From positions 39,710 to 103,709 of the forward strand of contig CAMJCK010000002.1 in NCBI GenBank assembly GCA_946404125.1: a stretch of DNA of 64,000 nucleotides, read 5' to 3'. Position numbers and translations under genes: made by a program. Origin of the DNA: an uncultured Bacteroidota bacterium. GTDB lineage: Bacteria > Bacteroidota > Bacteroidia > Bacteroidales > SZUA-534. The notes under the pieces were generated by a model. It was not told the DNA's origin. It saw only the letters and a program-made list of their open reading frames with translations, and ran no database searches. This document shows, one piece after another, positions 26,219 to 34,637 of the stretch. How positions within the stretch are numbered: position 1 is the stretch's first letter; every line of letters starts with the position of its first letter.

Positions 26219-28117
26219 TCAGTTTTTTTGGTCTTCCTCAATCATTTTCAGCAGTTCTTGCGGCGCCACAGCCTCGTCAACCCCACGTTTCACAAGCGTT
26301 TTGCCTTTGTACAGGTTCACCTTGCCGGGACCAGCGCCCACGTAGCCGTAATCGGCATCGGCCATCTCGCCGGGGCCGTTCACAATGCAGCCCATCACGG
26401 CGATTTTCAGGCCGGTCAGGTGCGCTGTGGCTTTCTTCACTTCGGCAAGTCCCTTCTCAATATTGTAGAGAGTGCGGCCGCACGATGGGCACGAGATGTA
26501 CTCGGTGCGGGTGTAGCGGGCGCGCGCCGATTGCAGAATGGCGAAAGCCGTGTCGGTAACCGTTTTGACGTTGATGCGCGCGAAATTGCTCAGCCACAGG
26601 CCGTTGGCCATTCCATCAATGAAGAACAAACCATTGTCAGCCGCGGCTTTCAGCTGAAACTGCGCCACATCGGGTTCCTTGTAGATGCTGCTCACCACAA
26701 CCGGCAGGTTTACGCCGTTGGCAATCAGTCTGTTGAAGATTGCACGCTGCTCGGCGGCTTGGTTCACGCACATTGAGCACGCAATGAGCACAACGGTCGG
26801 GTCCGATTTCAGCACCGCCATTGCTTCGGGCGTCAGTGTGCCGAGGCTCACCATCACCCAGTTGCGCTTGTCCGACTTGTATTTGGCTGATAAATAAGTG
26901 TTTAATCCATAGAGAGGCTCAAAATTGCTGTCTTTTATCCAGACTTTGTAGTCGATTAATAGCGAAATATTTTTAGTCTTGAAGTCTGGTAAATCCATTT
27001 CGGGTGCGCCAAAATACAGAACATCAGGCGATTGCTTGCCGCCAGTGATGGTCATTGTATTCAGGTCGAAAGTGATGTCGAGCGATTTGAGCGTTTCCAT
27101 CGAAAGGTCGGGCAAATCGCAGATTACCAGCGGCTTGGTGTTGTCGAATGATGGATTTAGACTAGTGTCACGCTTGCTGAAACAGAACGGGTCGAAAGCC
27201 AGCGGTTCGTTGTAGTTGATTTTCACGTTCTTGTTTGGGCCGGCAAAGTAGTCGGCAAGCATCTGTGCGGGTGGTATTTCGCTGGCCGGACTGCCGGTGA
27301 GCGACACGCGGATAGTGTCGCCAATGCCGTCGGCAAGCAGCGTACCAATGCCCACAGCCGATTTAATGATTCCGTCGGTTCCGGCACCTGCTTCGGTCAC
27401 GCCCAAATGGATTGGAAAATTCATCTTTTCAGCGGCCATTTGCTTGACAAGCAAGCGGTAAGCCTGCACCATAACCACTGTGTTGCTCGATTTGAGCGAA
27501 ACGGCAACATTCTGAAAGTCATATTTTTGGCAAACGCGCAAGAATTCCATCGTTGCTTCAACCATTCCGGCCGGGGTATCGCCGTAGCGTGACATTATGC
27601 GGTCCGACAGCGAGCCGTGGTTAGTGCCTATGCGCAGTGCGGTGCCGTGTTCCTTGCAGATATTCAGCAGCTTAAGCAGTCGTGCGTCGAGTTTTTCCAG
27701 TTCAGCTTGGTATTCTTCGTCGGTGAATTCAAGCGTGGTGAAAGTGGCGCGTTTCTCAAGATAGTTGCCGGGGTTAATACGCACTTTGTCAACAAATTGC
27801 GCGGCAATATCGGCCAACTGCGCATTGAAGTGCACATCGGCCACAATGGGTTTTGTGTAGCCTTTCGCCACCAGTTCGTTTTTAATATCGCGCAAGGCGT
27901 AGGCGTCTTTCTCATCAATAGCCGTAAAACGCACCAATTCGGCGCCCGCATCAAAAATCTCAATTGCCTGGCGCACAGATGCTTCCACATCGTGAGTTGG
28001 TGTGTTGGCCATCGACTGCACACGAACGGGGTTTGCGCCGCCCATTTGAAGGTTGCCTATTGTAATTTCGTGAGTTTCAAAGCGTTTGTCGGTAAACGAC
28101 GAGTTGACAAGGTCCAT
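26219..28117 (-). CDS. ispG: 4-hydroxy-3-methylbut-2-en-1-yl diphosphate synthase (long form with an inserted domain)
   Basis: GGANPVRVQSMANTPTHDVEASVRQ and the C-terminal 4Fe-4S region YISCPSCGRT...GCIVNGPGEM. Confidence 0.96.
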   Translation of the reverse strand: MDLVNSSFTDKRFETHEITIGNLQMGGANPVRVQSMANTPTHDVEASVRQAIEIFDAGAELVRFTAIDEKDAYALRDIKNELVAKGYTKPIVADVHFNAQLADIAAQFVDKVRINPGNYLEKRATFTTLEFTDEEYQAELEKLDARLLKLLNICKEHGTALRIGTNHGSLSDRIMSRYGDTPAGMVEATMEFLRVCQKYDFQNVAVSLKSSNTVVMVQAYRLLVKQMAAEKMNFPIHLGVTEAGAGTDGIIKSAVGIGTLLADGIGDTIRVSLTGSPASEIPPAQMLADYFAGPNKNVKINYNEPLAFDPFCFSKRDTSLNPSFDNTKPLVICDLPDLSMETLKSLDITFDLNTMTITGGKQSPDVLYFGAPEMDLPDFKTKNISLLIDYKVWIKDSNFEPLYGLNTYLSAKYKSDKRNWVMVSLGTLTPEAMAVLKSDPTVVLIACSMCVNQAAEQRAIFNRLIANGVNLPVVVSSIYKEPDVAQFQLKAAADNGLFFIDGMANGLWLSNFARINVKTVTDTAFAILQSARARYTRTEYISCPSCGRTLYNIEKGLAEVKKATAHLTGLKIAVMGCIVNGPGEMADADYGYVGAGPGKVNLYKGKTLVKRGVDEAVAPQELLKMIEEDQKN

Positions 28118-28138
28118 TTTTTCTGTTGTTTAATCGGT

Positions 28139-28156
28139 GTCCCGACAGCTATCGGG
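28139..28156. repeat. Palindrome TCCCGACAGCTATCGGGA (CCCGATNGCNATCGGG family)
   Basis: 18 nt with one central mismatch. Intergenic between ribE and ispG. Confidence 0.8.
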
Positions 28157-28187
28157 AGGTGAATTTTTAATCGGTCGCACGTGTTGT

Positions 28188-28215
28188 GTAGAGACGTTGC
28201 GCGCAACGTCTCTAC
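28188..28215 (-). terminator. Perfect 12-bp hairpin GTAGAGACGTTG-CGCG-CAACGTCTCTAC overlapping the ribE stop codon by one base (28215)
   Basis: Read directly. The GTAGAGACG arm is shared with the hairpin at the topB stop. Confidence 0.65.
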
Positions 28216-28823
28216 TATTCCTGCGACAGTTTTGTAATCTGCGCAATGTACTTCCCAATAATGTCAAATTCCAGATTGACAACGGTTCCTTCCTTGATTG
28301 TGTGGAAGTTAGTGTTGTCGAAGGTGTAGGGAATTATGCAGACTTGGAACGAATTGCGCGTTGGGCGGCAGACGGTCAGGCTCACGCCGTTGACGGTTAC
28401 AGAGCCCTTATCCACAGTTAGATAGCCGCGCTTGGCCATCTCTTTGTCGAAATCGTACTCGAAGGTGAAAACGTGGCTTCCTTCGGCGTCTTCAACTTTT
28501 GTGCAGCGTGCCGTTTTGTCAACGTGGCCTTGCACAATGTGGCCGTCCAATCGGCCGTTCATCAGCATCGAGCGCTCAACATTCACCTTGTCGCCAACCT
28601 TCAGCAGCCCCAGATTCGAGCAGTCGAGCGTCTCTTTCATCGCCGTTACGGTGTAGGTTCCGTCCTTGATGCGAACCACCGTCAGGCAGACGCCGTTGTG
28701 CGCCACGCTCTGGTCGATTTTCAACTCGTTGACAAACGAGCATTTCAGCGTGAAATGCAGATTTTCCTGGTCTTTCTCAATGCCGACAACTTCGGCAAAC
28801 TCTTCAACAATTCCTGAAAACAT
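28215..28823 (-). CDS. ribE: Riboflavin synthase
   Basis: ATG at 28823 gives MFSGIVEEFAEVV, the canonical N-terminus. Internal duplication (second-half NGVSLTV vs first-half NGVCLTV). 202 aa. Confidence 0.93.
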   Translation of the reverse strand: MFSGIVEEFAEVVGIEKDQENLHFTLKCSFVNELKIDQSVAHNGVCLTVVRIKDGTYTVTAMKETLDCSNLGLLKVGDKVNVERSMLMNGRLDGHIVQGHVDKTARCTKVEDAEGSHVFTFEYDFDKEMAKRGYLTVDKGSVTVNGVSLTVCRPTRNSFQVCIIPYTFDNTNFHTIKEGTVVNLEFDIIGKYIAQITKLSQE

Positions 28824-28898
28824 AGTTCGATGTTTAATTTCAACAACAAAATTTAGCGCCGGTCCACATTGGTTAACCAACTGACTGGCAATAAGATT

Positions 28899-28928
28899 AA
28901 CGTTGCGCGGAACTTGCGGTCCCGGCAA
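28899..28928 (-). terminator. Stem-loop CGTTGC...GCAACG downstream of the small membrane ORF
   Basis: CGTTGCGCGGAACTTGCGGTCCCGGCAACG forms an imperfect nested hairpin. Confidence 0.4.
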
Positions 28929-28955
28929 CGGAAATAATGGCGCAATTTATTAAAA

Positions 28956-29198
28956 TTAGGCTTGCGGGCGAAGGGTGTCGTTAATTTGGTTGACACCTTT
29001 CTGTCCGGTTGTGCTCATCTCGCTTCCGCGATAAATCAAGCCGTCTTTTATTATGCCGATAATGGCCCACGACATCAGCAGGCACCACGGCAGAGGGTCG
29101 GTGCGGCCGACTTCGACATAGCAATTCACAACACCGACAATGCTGCCAATCAAGGCCATAACATCAAGAATGACCAACGTAATAAAAACACCTTTCAT
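28956..29198 (-). CDS. Small (80 aa) two-TM membrane protein, hypothetical
   Basis: ATG at 29198. Hydrophobic segments GVFITLVILDVMALIGSIVGVV and LPWCLLMSWAIIGIIK. A mirror ORF exists on the + strand. Confidence 0.4.
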   Translation of the reverse strand: MKGVFITLVILDVMALIGSIVGVVNCYVEVGRTDPLPWCLLMSWAIIGIIKDGLIYRGSEMSTTGQKGVNQINDTLRPQA

Positions 29199-29336
29199 CT
29201 TTTTAATTCTTTTGGGGTTATTATTCAACAAATATAACTAAAGAGCTGAATAATTGATAAATCCGAGGCGAAAAATGTGAGGTTTTTGTGTGCGAAATTT
29301 GTGAATAAACCATTCTTGAATACCCTTATTCTTTTG

Positions 29337-29344
29337 TAGATTTG
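29337..29344 (+). promoter_or_regulatory. Candidate -7 box TAGATTTG upstream of purL
   Basis: Exact TAnnTTTG match, 40 nt before the ATG at 29385. Confidence 0.45.
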
Positions 29345-29384
29345 CACTTTGATTTTGAAACCGTAATTTTTAAAACGAATTTTG

Positions 29385-32300
29385 ATGGTTACCTTCTTTA
29401 AAACACCTGAAAACAAAGTGATTGCAGTGCAGACGACTGCCGAAATCGCAGCCGCCGACATTGAGAAACTGAACTGGCTTTTCGGCCGTTCGGAGTGCCT
29501 GGGACAGAAAGCGCCCGCCGGCTCGTTTGTGGGCCCGCGCAAGGAGATGATTACCCCGTGGAGCACCAACGCCGTCGAGATTACTCAAAATATGGGTATC
29601 AGCGGCATTGTCCGCATTGAGGAGTTCGAGGCGCAGAGTGCCGACAAAAAGCACTTCGACCCAATGCTCAAATCGTTCTATAACCAATTGGACCAAAGCA
29701 TTTTCACTGTCGATATCAAGCCGCAGCCCATTGTCCACATAACCGATATCAGGGCCTACAATAAAAAAGAAGGCTTGGCACTTAAAGAAGAGGAAATCAA
29801 CTATTTGGAAGGCCTTGCAAAGAAACTCGGTCGTCCGCTTACCGACAGCGAGGTGTTTGGATTCTCGCAGGTGAACTCGGAGCACTGCCGCCACAAAATC
29901 TTTGGCGGACAGTTTATTATCGATGGCGAGGAGAAGAAGGAAACGCTCTTCGGCCTGATTAAAAAGACTACAAAAACCAACCCGAACAACGTGGTTTCGG
30001 CCTACAAAGACAACTGCGCGTTTATGCAGGGACACACTCTGGAGCAGTTTGCACCGGCCGCGCAGGAGAAATCGGATTTCTTTGAAGTGACTGATTACGA
30101 GTCGGTTTACTCGCTGAAAGCCGAAACTCACAACTTCCCCACAACAGTGGAGCCGTTCAATGGTGCCGCAACTGGTTCGGGCGGCGAAATCCGCGACCGT
30201 ATGGGAGGCGGCAAGGGCAGTATGCCGATTGCCGGAACGGCCGTTTATATGACTTCGTATCCGCGCCTTGACGGCGGACGTGAGTGGGAGAAGGCCACCG
30301 AGCCGCGTCCTTGGCTCTATCAGACGCCGGAGCAGATTCTTATCAAGGCGTCGAACGGCGCGAGCGACTTCGGCAACAAGTTCGGACAGCCGCTTATCTG
30401 CGGAAGTTTGCTCACAATGGAGCACTTCGAGCAATACAAGAAATTCGGTTTCGACAAGGTGATAATGATGGCCGGCGGCGTGGGCTACGCCAAAAAGAAG
30501 GACTGCCTGAAGGCCGACCCCGAGCCGGGCGACAAAGTGGTGATTCTGGGCGGCGACAACTACCGTATTGGAATGGGCGGCGGCGCAGTGTCGTCGGTTG
30601 CCACGGGCGAGTACAACAACTCGATTGAGTTGAACGCCGTACAGCGTTCGAACCCCGAAATGCAGCGCCGCGTTTACAACGCAATCCGCGCCCTGAGCGA
30701 GCAGTCGGACAACCCGATTGTCTCTATCCACGACCACGGCGCAGGCGGCCACCTGAACTGCCTTTCGGAGTTGGTGGAGGCCACAGGTGGCGTTATCGAC
30801 ATTCGCAAACTGCCTATCGGCGACCCGACATTGTCTGACAAGGAGATTGTGGGCAACGAGAGTCAGGAGCGTATGGGTTTGGTGCTGAAAGACAAGGATA
30901 TAGACCACCTGAAGAAGATTGCCGACCGCGAGCGCGCGCCAATGTACGTTGTGGGCGAGGCCACAGGCGATATGCAGTTTCGATTCACCGACAAGCAAAC
31001 CAACGAAGACCCTATCAATCTGCAACTTGCCGATATGTTTGGCAATCCGCCGCGCACCATAATGAACGACAAAACCGTCAAAGAGCAATATGCCGATTTG
31101 AAATACGACACCGCAAAAGTGGCCGATTATCTGGAGCAAGTGCTTCAACTTGAGTCGGTTGCGTGCAAAGACTGGCTCACCAACAAGGTCGACCGCTCGG
31201 TGACCGGAAAGGTTGCAATGCAGCAGTGCGCCGGCCCGCTTCACCTGCCGCTCAACGACTGCGGCGTGGTAGCGCTTGATTATCAAGGCAAATACGGTGT
31301 TGCCACTTCGGTTGGTCACGCACCGCTTTGCGCGATGATTAATCCTGCCAAAGGTTCACGGATGGCTGTGGCCGAAGCACTTACAAATATTGTCTGGGCG
31401 CCGATTCAGGACAAACTGAAAGGCATTTCGTTGAGCGCCAACTGGATGTGGCCGTGCTTCAATCCGGGCGAGGACGCAAGACTCTATAAGGCTGTTGAGG
31501 CTTTGAGCGACTTCTGTATCAAGTTGGGAATCAACGTTCCAACAGGTAAGGACTCGCTCTCAATGACGCAGAAATATCCGAACGGCGACAAGGTTCTGTC
31601 GCCCGGAACGGTGATTGTTTCGGCCGTTGGCGAGACCACCGATATCCGCAAGGCTGTGTCGCCCGTGCTGCACAACGTGAAGTCGGAACTGATTTATATC
31701 GATTTGTCGAAAGACGCCTTGAAACTTGGCGGTTCGGCGTTTGCACAGATAATCAACGGCGTGGGTGCCGATTGTCCCGACGTTACTGATACTGAATATT
31801 TTGCAAAGGCGTTCAACGCTGTTCAAGGCTTGATTGAAGGCGGTCTGGTGATTGCCGGACACGATGTTTCGGCCGGCGGTCTGGTTACCACATTGCTCGA
31901 AATGGCCTTCTCGAACGACGAAGCAGGTCTGAATATCAATCTTGCCGACTTTGGCGAGAGCGACCCTGTGAAACTGTTGTTTGCTGAAAATCCGGCACTT
32001 GTGCTGCAGGTTGCCGCCGACGGCAAAGCCGCTGATGCACTCAAAAAGGCGGGCGTGGCATTCAAGACTATTGGCACGCTGGGCACTGCCGGCAAACTCG
32101 ACATTGCCGCAGGCGCAAACAGTTACTCATTCGATATCAAAAAGTTGCGCGACACTTGGTTCCGCACTTCGTATCTGCTCGACTGCGACCAAACTCAAAA
32201 CGGCCTGGCACTCGAGCGCTTCAACAACTACAAGAACCACGCCCACAAGTTCGATTTCAAAGCCTTCGACGGCTCGGCAAAATCGCTTGGTATCGACCTG

Positions 32301-33074
32301 AAACGCCGTACAAAGAGCGGCATTAAGGCTGCCATAATCCGCGAGAAGGGCAACCAATGCGACCGCGAGGTGGCCTATATGCTCTACACCGCCGGCTTCG
32401 ATGTGAAAGACGTTCATATGACCGACCTTGTGAGCGGCCGCGAGACGCTTGAGGATGTGAATATGATAATCTTCGTCGGCGGATTCTCGAATTCCGACGT
32501 TCTGGGTTCGGCAAAAGGCTGGGCCGGCGCGTTCCTTTACAACGAGAAGGCCAAAAAGGCGCTTGAGAACTTCTACGCCCGCCCCGACACGCTGAGTATG
32601 GGTATCTGCAACGGCTGTCAGGTGATGGTTGAACTCGGACTTATCAATCCCACCGACACTGAGAAGCCGCGGATGCTGCACAACAAGTCGCACAAGTTCG
32701 AATCGGGCTTTGTTGACGTTGTTATCGAGCCGAACAACAGCGTGTTCTTCAAGAATATGGCAGGAATGAGACTTGGTGTTTGGGTGGCTCACGGCGAAGG
32801 CCAATTCAGTTTCCCATACAGCGAGGACAAATACAACATTCCTGTTAAATACGCTTACGGCACCTATCCTGCCAACCCGAACGGCTCGGCGTTCAACGCT
32901 GCCGGCATTTGCTCGGCCGACGGCCGCCACGTGGCAATGATGCCGCACCCCGAGCGCGCCCTGTTCCCGTGGCAGTGGCCGCACTACCCCGAGGGCCGCA
33001 GACAAGACGATTTGTCGCCGTGGGCAATCGCTCTGCGGAATGCTTACGAGTGGGTGAAGGCGAAGAAAGGGTAA
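29385..33074 (+). CDS. purL: Phosphoribosylformylglycinamidine synthase, single-chain large form
   Basis: About 1230 aa. FGAM synthase motifs (SEHCRHKIF, ETHNFPTTVEPFNGAATGSGGEIRD) and a C-terminal glutamine amidotransferase domain (GICNGCQ, HPER). Confidence 0.97.
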   Translation: MVTFFKTPENKVIAVQTTAEIAAADIEKLNWLFGRSECLGQKAPAGSFVGPRKEMITPWSTNAVEITQNMGISGIVRIEEFEAQSADKKHFDPMLKSFYNQLDQSIFTVDIKPQPIVHITDIRAYNKKEGLALKEEEINYLEGLAKKLGRPLTDSEVFGFSQVNSEHCRHKIFGGQFIIDGEEKKETLFGLIKKTTKTNPNNVVSAYKDNCAFMQGHTLEQFAPAAQEKSDFFEVTDYESVYSLKAETHNFPTTVEPFNGAATGSGGEIRDRMGGGKGSMPIAGTAVYMTSYPRLDGGREWEKATEPRPWLYQTPEQILIKASNGASDFGNKFGQPLICGSLLTMEHFEQYKKFGFDKVIMMAGGVGYAKKKDCLKADPEPGDKVVILGGDNYRIGMGGGAVSSVATGEYNNSIELNAVQRSNPEMQRRVYNAIRALSEQSDNPIVSIHDHGAGGHLNCLSELVEATGGVIDIRKLPIGDPTLSDKEIVGNESQERMGLVLKDKDIDHLKKIADRERAPMYVVGEATGDMQFRFTDKQTNEDPINLQLADMFGNPPRTIMNDKTVKEQYADLKYDTAKVADYLEQVLQLESVACKDWLTNKVDRSVTGKVAMQQCAGPLHLPLNDCGVVALDYQGKYGVATSVGHAPLCAMINPAKGSRMAVAEALTNIVWAPIQDKLKGISLSANWMWPCFNPGEDARLYKAVEALSDFCIKLGINVPTGKDSLSMTQKYPNGDKVLSPGTVIVSAVGETTDIRKAVSPVLHNVKSELIYIDLSKDALKLGGSAFAQIINGVGADCPDVTDTEYFAKAFNAVQGLIEGGLVIAGHDVSAGGLVTTLLEMAFSNDEAGLNINLADFGESDPVKLLFAENPALVLQVAADGKAADALKKAGVAFKTIGTLGTAGKLDIAAGANSYSFDIKKLRDTWFRTSYLLDCDQTQNGLALERFNNYKNHAHKFDFKAFDGSAKSLGIDLKRRTKSGIKAAIIREKGNQCDREVAYMLYTAGFDVKDVHMTDLVSGRETLEDVNMIIFVGGFSNSDVLGSAKGWAGAFLYNEKAKKALENFYARPDTLSMGICNGCQVMVELGLINPTDTEKPRMLHNKSHKFESGFVDVVIEPNNSVFFKNMAGMRLGVWVAHGEGQFSFPYSEDKYNIPVKYAYGTYPANPNGSAFNAAGICSADGRHVAMMPHPERALFPWQWPHYPEGRRQDDLSPWAIALRNAYEWVKAKKG

Positions 33075-33077
33075 GAA

Positions 33078-33106
33078 GTTTAGAGTTTAGAAGTTTAGCG
33101 CTTCGC
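33078..33106. repeat. GTTTAG word array ending in GTTTAGCGCTTCGC
   Basis: GTTTAGA-GTTTAGAA-GTTTAGCGCTTCGC begins 4 nt after the purL stop. The same element occurs at 38537-38578 and 58649-58670. Confidence 0.8.
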
Positions 33107-33112
33107 GATAAG

Positions 33113-33150
33113 AAAAAAATCCCGTTCGAGTTTCGGACGGGATTTTTTTC
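33113..33150 (+). terminator. Intrinsic (bidirectional-looking) terminator after purL
   Basis: A-tract, stem ATCCCGTTCG / CGGACGGGAT (with a G-U pair), then TTTTTTT. Confidence 0.8.
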
Positions 33151-33256
33151 AGCGACGATGAAAAAATCCGCAGGCAACCTCTAAAAGATTAACTGCGGAT
33201 TTTAAAATTTTAACGAACATCTACAGAACGTTGTTTCAACCTTTTAACCACATCTT

Positions 33257-33709
33257 CTATTGGTATTGCGATTTTACTCCAACATATAATGGCAGCTTCA
33301 TAACCTCCGGACTCTTTTTTTGATTAGCATTGAAAATGTACAAACAACAACCACCAACACCACCTTTTTCACCGCGGTAAAACCAATCTTTTTCGTCAGA
33401 AAAGAATTTTATTTTATTACCTATGACACCTACGAACCCCATTTTTGCCCCGGCAAGATTAAAATCATTAGTGTCTATGCTAAAAATAAAGCTTAAATAC
33501 CTTGCTTCATAGTCATTAAGCGTTGCAAGGGTATCTACTCCCATTTGGTCTAAATGATTCAACAACTCAACCGGTATTTCCTCAAAAATTCGCACTTGTC
33601 GTTCTTTGATTGTTTGTGCCGTACTGCCATTTGAATTGTTTTGGGCATAGCCGGTTGCGCAAATTACGGCAAGCGCAATGGTCAGAATGGTTGTTTGTGT
33701 GTTCATCAT
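33257..33709 (-). CDS. Hypothetical secreted protein (150 aa) in a low-GC islet
   Basis: ATG at 33709 gives the signal peptide MMNTQTTILTIALAVICATGYAQ. No motif recognised. Local GC is about 32-37% in the two 60-nt lines I counted. Confidence 0.55.
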   Translation of the reverse strand: MMNTQTTILTIALAVICATGYAQNNSNGSTAQTIKERQVRIFEEIPVELLNHLDQMGVDTLATLNDYEARYLSFIFSIDTNDFNLAGAKMGFVGVIGNKIKFFSDEKDWFYRGEKGGVGGCCLYIFNANQKKSPEVMKLPLYVGVKSQYQ

Positions 33710-34008
33710 AAAACTTTTTTTGCTGTTTGTAATATGGGCGCAAGATAGAAAAAACTGAACCCCGAAAACAGTTTTATTCACATTCACTTCGGCTGAAGAT
33801 TAGGCGCAGAGCGATTTCTGCGAAAGCACTATGAGCGCAGACATATTTTTTAATGCTATTCGCCGCTATTCGCCAATTTATTATTCATCAAATTATTTGA
33901 TGCAAAATCGCGCATTTAATAAAACCTATTGTTGAAAACTTCCGTTTAACGACACATAAAGAAAAGATAGATAGTTTTTTTCATAAGGTTTGAGTTAGTT
34001 AGTAAAAG

Positions 34009-34043
34009 GGCCTCCGAATAACATCCGGAGGCCTTTTACTTTT
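34009..34043 (+). terminator. Orphan intrinsic terminator with no annotated upstream + strand gene
   Basis: Stem GGCCTCCG / CGGAGGCC, 9-nt loop, then TTTTACTTTT. Confidence 0.6.
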
Positions 34044-34138
34044 GTGCCGACCATCGCCAATCTGACGCATTGCTGGAGCTTTTTTTCAGCGGTGTGCGTT
34101 TTTTATCGCTCTTGAAGGTTGAGGTTTCAACTATTTTA

Positions 34139-34146
34139 TAAATTTG
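34139..34146 (+). promoter_or_regulatory. Candidate -7 box TAAATTTG upstream of the DUF3276 gene
   Basis: Exact TAnnTTTG match, 37 nt before the ATG at 34184. Confidence 0.45.
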
Positions 34147-34183
34147 AGACGACGAATTTTAATACACACTAATATCATTTGTG

Positions 34184-34534
34184 ATGGGAGATTTTGAGAA
34201 GAACGATTTCAAGAGGGATTCTGATACAGTATTTTCGAAAGTTGTGAAAGCGGGCAAGCGCACCTATTTTTTCGATGTAAAAACAACCCGCCAGAACGAG
34301 CATTATATTACTGTAACTGAGAGCAAAAAGATTTTTGAGGACAACGGCGGCGCCCATTTTGAGAAACACAAGATTTTCTTGTACAAAGAAGATTTTGAGA
34401 AGTTTATGGACGCGTTCGACGAGGTTCTCGACTATGTTGACGAGCGCAACGGCGAGGCTCCGGCTAAAGACAAAGACCCAGAGCTGGATGCAGACAAGTT
34501 CACCAGCGTTGATTACGACGATCTTGATGAATAA
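34184..34534 (+). CDS. PUR-alpha-like nucleic-acid-binding protein (DUF3276 family)
   Basis: KRTYFFDVKTTRQNEHYITVTESKK...HKIFLYKEDFEKF is the DUF3276/PUR repeat signature. Acidic C-terminus. Confidence 0.78.
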   Translation: MGDFEKNDFKRDSDTVFSKVVKAGKRTYFFDVKTTRQNEHYITVTESKKIFEDNGGAHFEKHKIFLYKEDFEKFMDAFDEVLDYVDERNGEAPAKDKDPELDADKFTSVDYDDLDE

Positions 34535-34557
34535 AACGCAGTCTTAGTAAAGGATTC

Positions 34558-34637
34558 GCCCCAACGGGGCAGAAGTACATAGCCCAAGGCATCGCCTTGG
34601 GTGGAATGCGCAATCATTGGAAACGCCCTGCAAGGGC
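34558..34637. repeat. Cluster of three short GC hairpins (Bacteroidales-type structured intergenic element)
   Basis: GCCCC-AAC-GGGGC (34558-34570), CCCAAGGC-ATC-GCCTTGGG (34583-34601) and GCCCT-GCA-AGGGC (34625-34637), between convergent genes. Confidence 0.6.

Noticed and set aside
28824-28955. FMN (RFN) riboswitch upstream of ribE
   Set aside because: I could not find the conserved RFN core. Only a simple stem-loop is present, which is more likely the terminator of the upstream small ORF.
28962-29237. A + strand 91-aa ORF mirroring the small membrane ORF
   Set aside because: The - strand reading gives two clean TM helices and sits in an operon-like orientation with ribE. The + strand product is polar and unstructured, with no upstream signal. 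Neither ORF is strongly supported.
29370-31319. A 649-aa ORF antisense to purL
   Set aside because: It lies entirely within a gene with unmistakable FGAM-synthase motifs on the other strand. Its translation is low-complexity (V/L/R/A/H-rich) with no motifs. Long antisense ORFs like this are a known artefact of codon bias in GC-richer genes.
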